The position numbers were made by a program, and so were the translations under genes. A stretch of DNA of 55,836 nt, counting the filler, from Sphacelaria rigidula (lineage: Eukaryota), in assembly GCA_964200075.2 (NCBI GenBank). It is 4 parts of 4 records of this genome, joined end to end, with 100 filler letters (N's around TTAATTAATTAA, not from the genome) between each part and the next. Parts side by side here need not be neighbours in the genome. Positions count along the whole stretch, not along the records: positions 41,956 to 55,836 come from CAXNAA020002611.1; 3 more parts are not named here. One strand, written 5' to 3'. Of this stretch, positions 49,201 to 55,836 are shown piece after piece. Position 1 is the first letter of the stretch. Each line of letters opens with the position of its first letter. The notes under the pieces are model-generated. The model had not been told where the DNA came from and made no database searches. It saw only the letters and a list, made by a program, of their open reading frames with translations.

Positions 49201-52200
49201 TTACTTCGCACAGGGAACGTTTCGCGCTAATTTCACGTTCAACAGTTCGTCAGCGGGGCTATCGCCTACTCTGTGCTACAAGTTTGCAGGTAAAATGCAG
49301 ATCTTGATGCGTTCAATTGAAGTACTTCTTGTGAATGGGGCCGGGCATGTGTAGGCATGGCCTCCAAAGATGCGCAGAGTCTGTTGCAAGCCCCTCGCTA
49401 ACATACCCCTCGAATATACAACGAGAAAATGAAGCACTCTCATGGCCTATGTATTCATGTGTAGCGAAACATCAAAATGAATTTCTCTTTTTGCCTGCAG
49501 ACGAACTGTGGAAGGTGTACTCCGCCACTACCATAGACGTAGCCATGCTTCAAGAAATACATGCAAACGAGGGGTCGGACGGTGTTGCGGTGGTGCACTA
49601 CGCCAAGGAGTGGGCGTTGACTGGACCGTTCTTGGCTTCTCATGACGAGGTGCGATAGCGTCTGACATAACCAGGGTATTCTTTAGAGTCCTGATCAAGC
49701 GTACAGACTGCTGTTTCACACCATACCACTGCCGTTAGAATATCATTTACAGTGGATTGGCGTATTGCCGGTGCGCGTTGCAAGTGGTTGCCGAGCCCAT
49801 CTCGTTTCACAGGCGCGTCGCGTTTAGAGTTACGCTGCTTCACAAGAAGTGTACAGTGCATTGGTTACAAGTGCGCATGTGCACGTGGGTGATTGTCTTT
49901 TTTTCACTCATATTTCGAAATTGGGTGGGTTCAGTCGGGAAGGAGACTCTACTTCTGCAGACTGCATTGATTGCTTGTGGATGAAGAGCACATGCCCGTT
50001 CGACGCGCAGATGTTCTGGTCAGGTTCCAGCTGCGATACGAATCTTGCTGCATCTCTTGTCGACGACGCCGATGGTATCCTGGAAGTGGACTCTACTTTG
50101 GCACCGTGGTTCGAGTTCGACCGCACTGCCTCTGGATCTTTCATACATGTCTGCTACAAATTCAACGGTGGGTCTCCTCGCGTTTGTGCTAACTATTTTG
50201 AAAACGAAAGCCTCAGAAACGAACCCCAGGCTTCTACGCACGAAATCGCGGCTGCTGTGTAGTACCGATGCCAGTTCGTGCCCTCAGCCGTAAATACCAC
50301 ACTCGTGTCAACTCAACACGTACGAGTCCGATAGTATAGTTAACACCAATGCTCTCGTCATTCCCGCAGATGAACCATTCAAACGTTACGATGGGTTTAA
50401 GATCGATGTTCGGATGATCCGCAGCGTGGCCGTGGATATGGGTTCCGCTAGGAAGGCTGTCCCAGACGTGGCGAAGACCTTCTCTTTCATTGGCGACGGA
50501 ACTGCGACCGAGGTATGAGTTAATTTAGTCCACCGACGGGAAGCAAAATGGTCTACGAGGCGCATACAGTGCAAGAGGGGGTCGTCGACGTTTTTTTGTA
50601 CCCCGTCGGGTAGTGTTCCATACGTCTTCAGTCAAACGCTGCTAAATAATGCACAGGTGCTAAGTGTAGGGTTGGATGGATGATAGAATGCTCCGAAATA
50701 CTGACGTTCTATTGGCTGTCAACAATCTTCGTGCCCTGGAATACTGAGCATTTTCAGCAGTCGATATCTGCGTACACTATGTTTTTAGGTACTCCAAATC
50801 TGTGAAAACTCAGAGTCCTCCAGAGTACGTACCCTGCTGTCATCACCTTCAAAATGTGGCCAGGTTCACGTGTTTCACCTTGGAGTGACTCCAAGCCGAC
50901 AATGAGTCTCAAACACACAACTATTCGGGACGATGAATATCCCTGTTTCTCGTTGCACCTTGTAGCAAACGGAATAGTATAGGAAACAGCCAGTGTGTCA
51001 CCATTAAAGCCCATTTCTCACACCGACTTTTTTTTTCAAGAATCATCAGCCGAAGTTCGAATTGTTGAGGCAGCTTGGCGGGTGATATGGGAGCTAACTT
51101 TAGTGTCTACATATATTGGAATGGACGTCTATCTGAAGTGGTGATGCGGCAGGGGGGTGTCTCATGTGGTGGAACAGCTAGGTTCCACTTGAAATGAGGC
51201 GATGAAAAGGAGATTCATTACAGCAGGCTCGTTCAGTTGTTACGGTGGTTCTCTGCGAAAAAAATGTCGCATTCAAAAGCTCAATGTTTCAAACAACACC
51301 ACGCTAGACGTGCGAAAAGCACGACCCTCTTTCTTCCTTTGTTTTGGGCGAAGACCACTCTTGCCTCAAGCCGCGCCTTTCAAAATCAATTTCTCTAGGG
51401 ATAGGTTGCGACAGTTCATGCTGTTGCGTGCGATCGAAGCGCGTTCTTCTCCCAGTGCACAGGGCCCGTTTCGACCACTCTCGGACGGTGCTGTAACCAA
51501 GGCGGACGATGATGAAATCATTTACGTATCTTGTACAAAAAGAAGTGCCGAGCTCAGGGTCTCTTCATCATTTTCTCCAAAAAGACAGGCTGGGTCAAAG
51601 ACTCAATTATGTTGTCGATACTGTGAGCTAGAGGGCTAGTTCGAATCTACCCTTGCTGCGATCGATGCGCATTGTTCTCTGACAAGGACACAACCCCTTG
51701 TTGATCGATTTGCGACAGCGCTACGATTTGCTGTAGTATCGAAGGTGGGACACGTCCGATACTGTACTGTGGTAAGACGCTCTATTGAGTCCAAGGGTGG
51801 TACAGCATAGTATGCGTGGTAAAATGACTTCGGAGCTTGGATTTTGAGTTTGCGTCTCACGGCGATAAACTGCGCGCCAAGGCCGTTAGCGTTCACTGTA
51901 GCGCCGGAGTATGACGCCAGCTACTGCATGTTCCCCTTCACATGGAGGCAGCTGCCGGGAACAGTACTAGACAACTCCCGTTTCTGCGAGGGGCACGCTC
52001 AAAGCCGCGATTCCGAGGTCTTTGCTTCTGTTTTTGTGATTTTTACCTCTCCTCCTCAGCCTGCTGGGGGTACGTGTGCGTTTGTTGGCGGGCGGGCGAA
52101 GTTGTGTTGCGGGCAACAATCAACACCCAGCAGCAGAAAAACACGCCGAGAACGAGCACGCTTCAGCACGCCCACGGGCAATTCGTCAGCTCTTCCTCAC

Positions 52201-55115
52201 AGGCGACGAAGCTACCTATATTCAGTTTTTGAGTCACTGCACGCTCCCAAACGAAACACTTCAATTTTGAAGCATGAATCCACGCGGCTCGCTGCTCCTT
52301 CACGAAACATCAAGTGTTCATGCCGCAGCGATCCAATGCCCTTTTTTTGTGTTTGAAGGACATTAGCCCTAGATAGCAGACCTACAGCGACTTCGTGCAC
52401 TCCTCTATTTGCCAGGCAACGTGTTTTTGGGGGAGAGTTCAATCTTAGAACTGAGTTGCTTGGAACTGGTCAGCTGAACTTGTTCGCATCTGATTGACGA
52501 AGGCGATATACATAAACACACATAGGGGGGTTATCGAACTGTTGGCCTCGGAACCCAACTAGACACTTGGAGTACACCCCCGCCTCATACAGGCTCGATC
52601 AGTGGCGTTTCATTAAAGAAGAATTACACCGATGGTCCCACGATCGTCTTTTGCGAGACGACTTCGTCTGCAGTGCAACAGTACCGAATTTCTCTCTTCA
52701 AGTCGCAGGTCCTTCCCGCGTTACTTCAACTTGATGGTTCACTACATGCAGGCGGCGATTGACAACGTCAAGTGGATCACGGGCTCAGATTGCACAGCTT
52801 CGGGCATCATAGGAAGCGTTGAGGATGTCCAGGGCATAAAAGAATTCCCCCTTGGGTATTACACGTCGACCAGTTTCACGGGGCAAAGCATCGCATTTCC
52901 TGAGTCGGAGATTGGAGGGCCCTACTCTTTGTGCTGTGAGTTAAATCGCGTGTCATGTGCGGCAAAGCCTCCGACGTCAATAAGGGATAAGTGTATAGGA
53001 TCCAGTGTTTGGTTTGGCTTCCGCTATGGTAGACAGGTGAATGTCTATGGTGTATCTAGAACTTTGTTCATCTCCAACACGAAGCGTGTATGCCGGCCAT
53101 GTGGCCGAGGAGCATTCCGCGAATTCTGTGTATCGTACGCTATGTGAGCGATTCTCTGCAACTTAGCTTAGTCTGGTCAGGATGTGGAACGTACACAAAT
53201 CACGGCGGAAGTACGTTCATGTAGGTACAAGTCGCAATAGTGTGTACCCCATCACCCGCACTGCGAAATCGTGTGCCCCACGCTTCGGACAGATTCCTTT
53301 GAGTTGGAGCCGTATCAGCTCTACAGTTCTCTGATCTTGACCGTGTTGGGGATCACGGCAGTTGCCGCCGAAGAGGGAGCCGATGACACGATTGTCGTTG
53401 GAGCCGTCAAGCACCTCACGTTCACAGGAGGAGGCGCTGTCGAGGCCGGTGATCAAGCGATGTGGTTGTCCGGGGCGAAAGTAGACGCGGACTGTCTCGT
53501 CGATTCCTTTCTTGACGGCCCTCAAGGCACAGTGGACGCAACGGCTACAGCGGGGTTCCTCATCCCAAACAGTAACGGCACCGAGATGGCCGGCAAAATC
53601 TGGACACTATGCTACCAATTCGGGTGCGGAGCATGTATTGTGAAAGCTGCTGGTATTGCGCCAAGCGTTGTATCCGCAAAATAAGGATGCGTTGTGAGCA
53701 ACTCTAATACTGATTTGAGGTAAAAAACGCCACCTCAAACTATTAACAACGGTCGTTGGAGCCACGAAGTCCAACGTGGCGTCGTAGTGAAACCATGCGT
53801 TGGCAAGAGTAAACGCGGAATGTGGTGGGCTTCCTCTGGAATAGATACCGCAGTGAACAGCCTCACGCTGAACAATTGACCACCGGATCCTGTGCCTCGT
53901 TGCCTATTTTCCGTCTTTTAACTTTCTACGCCGACCACAGCACAGAATCATTCAAGATATACCCGTCCTTCACATTGGAAGCTGTTACTCTCGCTTCCTT
54001 TTCGGCCGAGTATGGCTCCGACGACGATAGCGTTGTTGGGTACCTGAAGACCTTTCACCCGAATGGCTCAGGAGCCTCGAGTGGAGATCAGGCGAAATGG
54101 GTAAGTGCCTCAGTTGCAAGTGACACTGGCTGCGAGTCCGAAACACTCGCGAATGCCACCTACGTGCTCTCCATCGAACATGACCCAGCAATAATACCCG
54201 TGGAGACGGGCGCAGGAGGGAGATCTTCGCTAAAAGCTTCGTTTACATTCTTGACCCCCACTATCGGAGCGGCAAAGCTACAACTCTGCTACAAGCACCA
54301 GCAGGAACCATATCACCTACATGGTGACATGACCTTGGGCATCCGCCAACTGGTTTCGGCGAGCATCCGCGCTTTGGGTGTTTCGCAGACGCTCAGTTCA
54401 ATTAGGTATTCGCCGCAACCGGTTGCCTTCACGGCGTACGGTGGGATGGAAGGCGACCGGTATAAATGGGTCCAATCTACGACATTGCTTGATACGACTG
54501 GCCAAGTTAGTTGTGCGGAGGGAGTAGCGGAACCTGCTGCCGGATCTTCAGTTGGCGTGGCTGCAGGATTCTATCAAGAGGCGCACTTTAATTTCTCGGA
54601 GTCCGCTTCAAACCTTATGCTTTGCTACGGGCCAGGAGTAGAACCCTACGTGGCATATCCGGACATCACCATGGAGGTCTTTTCCCCTGTTATTTCAGCT
54701 GCAAATCGTACGCATGTGCTCGTTGGGAGGTTCGCATATGTTCGACTGGTAGGAACGTTCGGTGTGACCTCCGGAGATGCCATGAAGTTTGCTGCCAATG
54801 AAGATGTAGACTGTAACGGGGTTGCGGCCGGCGGCGATGGGGAGATATTCTCGCCGTACGCTACCACACCAGGGCTTGCGAGTCCAACCACGGGAACGAG
54901 CGATATCTTTCTCTTCGCAAGTGAACGCACGGAAGACAATCGCCCGTATAAGCTCTGCTACAGGTTCGGCCCGGATGGTGCATGGGAGATGTTTGATACT
55001 GTGTCGTTGGAAGCGTTCGAGATCACTTCCGTACTAATAAATATTGGCGACGGATCTCCAGCAACAGGAGACGTTATTGACTTCACGTTCGTCGGTACGG
55101 GTGTGGTCGACGGAG
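41956..55115 (+). CDS. Giant tandem-repeat, probably extracellular/cell-surface protein (about 2800 aa visible, partial at both ends)
   Basis: Nine phase-compatible GT-AG exons: 41956-46282, 46432-47724, 48604-49289, 49501-49649, 50011-50167, 50370-50512, 52752-52935, 53293-53623, 53941-55115. Acidic, Ser/Thr/Val/Gly-rich, many NxS/T sequons. Confidence 0.9.
46432..55115 (+). repeat. Coding repeat type II, about 100-120-aa diverged units
   Basis: Twelve units with pattern G..D.xW..C..F..LCYxF..EPxxxY (LCYRF, LCYKF, LCYWF, PCYRH, MCYKF, LCYKF, VCYKF, LCYSF, LCYQF, LCYKH, LCYGP, LCYRF). Confidence 0.88.
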
Positions 55116-55836
55116 GTGAGAGGAAACTGGGGAGTTATTCAGTATACCGCGTTCGTTTCAGAGTTTTCCAAGGACGCGTCGGGCAGGGTATACCCGATAT
55201 TTTGGCATTTTGAAAAGTCGCGCATCGCCCGCCTTAGTCAGCTACAATGACTTGTATGGTCTTTTGAGAGGGGAACACCAGTACTGGGTTAACTGCTGCT
55301 GTAGGCATGGGTCGAATCTCCCCACTTGTTTAAATACCAACATATCGGACATACCCTACCCGGCAAGCCCTTGGATTTTTCATTTTGTAGTATCGGTAAA
55401 CGACCTAGGTTCGCACACAGTCATCCTACGATGAGGGAGAGGGCGAGGTAGTTGGGGACATTTTTTCTACAAAAGCAGCAACAGTGGTTCGAACGCGGTT
55501 TTTGTCGAAAAATGCCTACACCGTTTTCGCCGAAATACAAGCACAGCACGAGCGTGTTGGATCGTCTGACACACCAATGAGCCTTATTTCGTGAGATCAA
55601 CCCCCCCCCCTCCGTCTCGCTTGCTCCCCCTCACCTCTAGACTCTTGGGTTGGCGTCGAGTGGCAACGGTGCTGTAAAAACAAGCCACCAAAACCTAGAC
55701 AAATGTACAGACTGACAGACTGCCACTGTACATATACCGGGGACCGCCACCAGAAACCGTTCCGGACCCACATACACGACAGGATGGAAATTGAACAATC
55801 CAATGGTTTCCCCCGGGAACACAATTTATTTATCCC

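Noticed and set aside
55820-55836. TTATCC(C) ends shared with window position 1 and about 8073 (reverse strand)
   Set aside because: No homology beyond 6-7 bp.

Overview
Eukaryotic, intron-rich genomic DNA, most consistent with a brown alga (Phaeophyceae). That assignment is inferred from gene and transposon style and is not proven. The window is not one locus. It is four unrelated contigs of steadily decreasing length (13887, 13885, 13883, 13881 bp) joined by artificial 100-bp N44-TTAATTAATTAA-N44 linkers, so no synteny can be inferred across them. Contig 1 (1-13887) holds a decayed Ty3/Gypsy pol whose integrase tail carries a chromodomain-like and a PWWP/Tudor-like module, a MITE, and the PBS plus gag-like start of a second LTR element. 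Contig 2 (13988-27872) holds an 8-exon coiled-coil/C-terminal RING gene converging on an HDDC2-type HD nucleotidase gene with one GC-AG intron, followed by DNA-transposon debris. Contig 3 (27973-41855) holds the first exon of NSRP1/CCDC55, a divergent CREST-like membrane protein gene, a poly(C)-flanked LINE 3' fragment, an isolated anamorsin/DRE2 exon and several MITEs. Contig 4 (41956-55836) holds 9 exons (about 2800 aa, open at both ends) of a giant protein built from two beta-rich tandem repeat families I cannot name. No CRISPR, rRNA or tRNA gene was seen. The best novelty candidates are the dual chromatin-reader integrase tail, the giant repeat protein and the poly(C)-targeting LINE.
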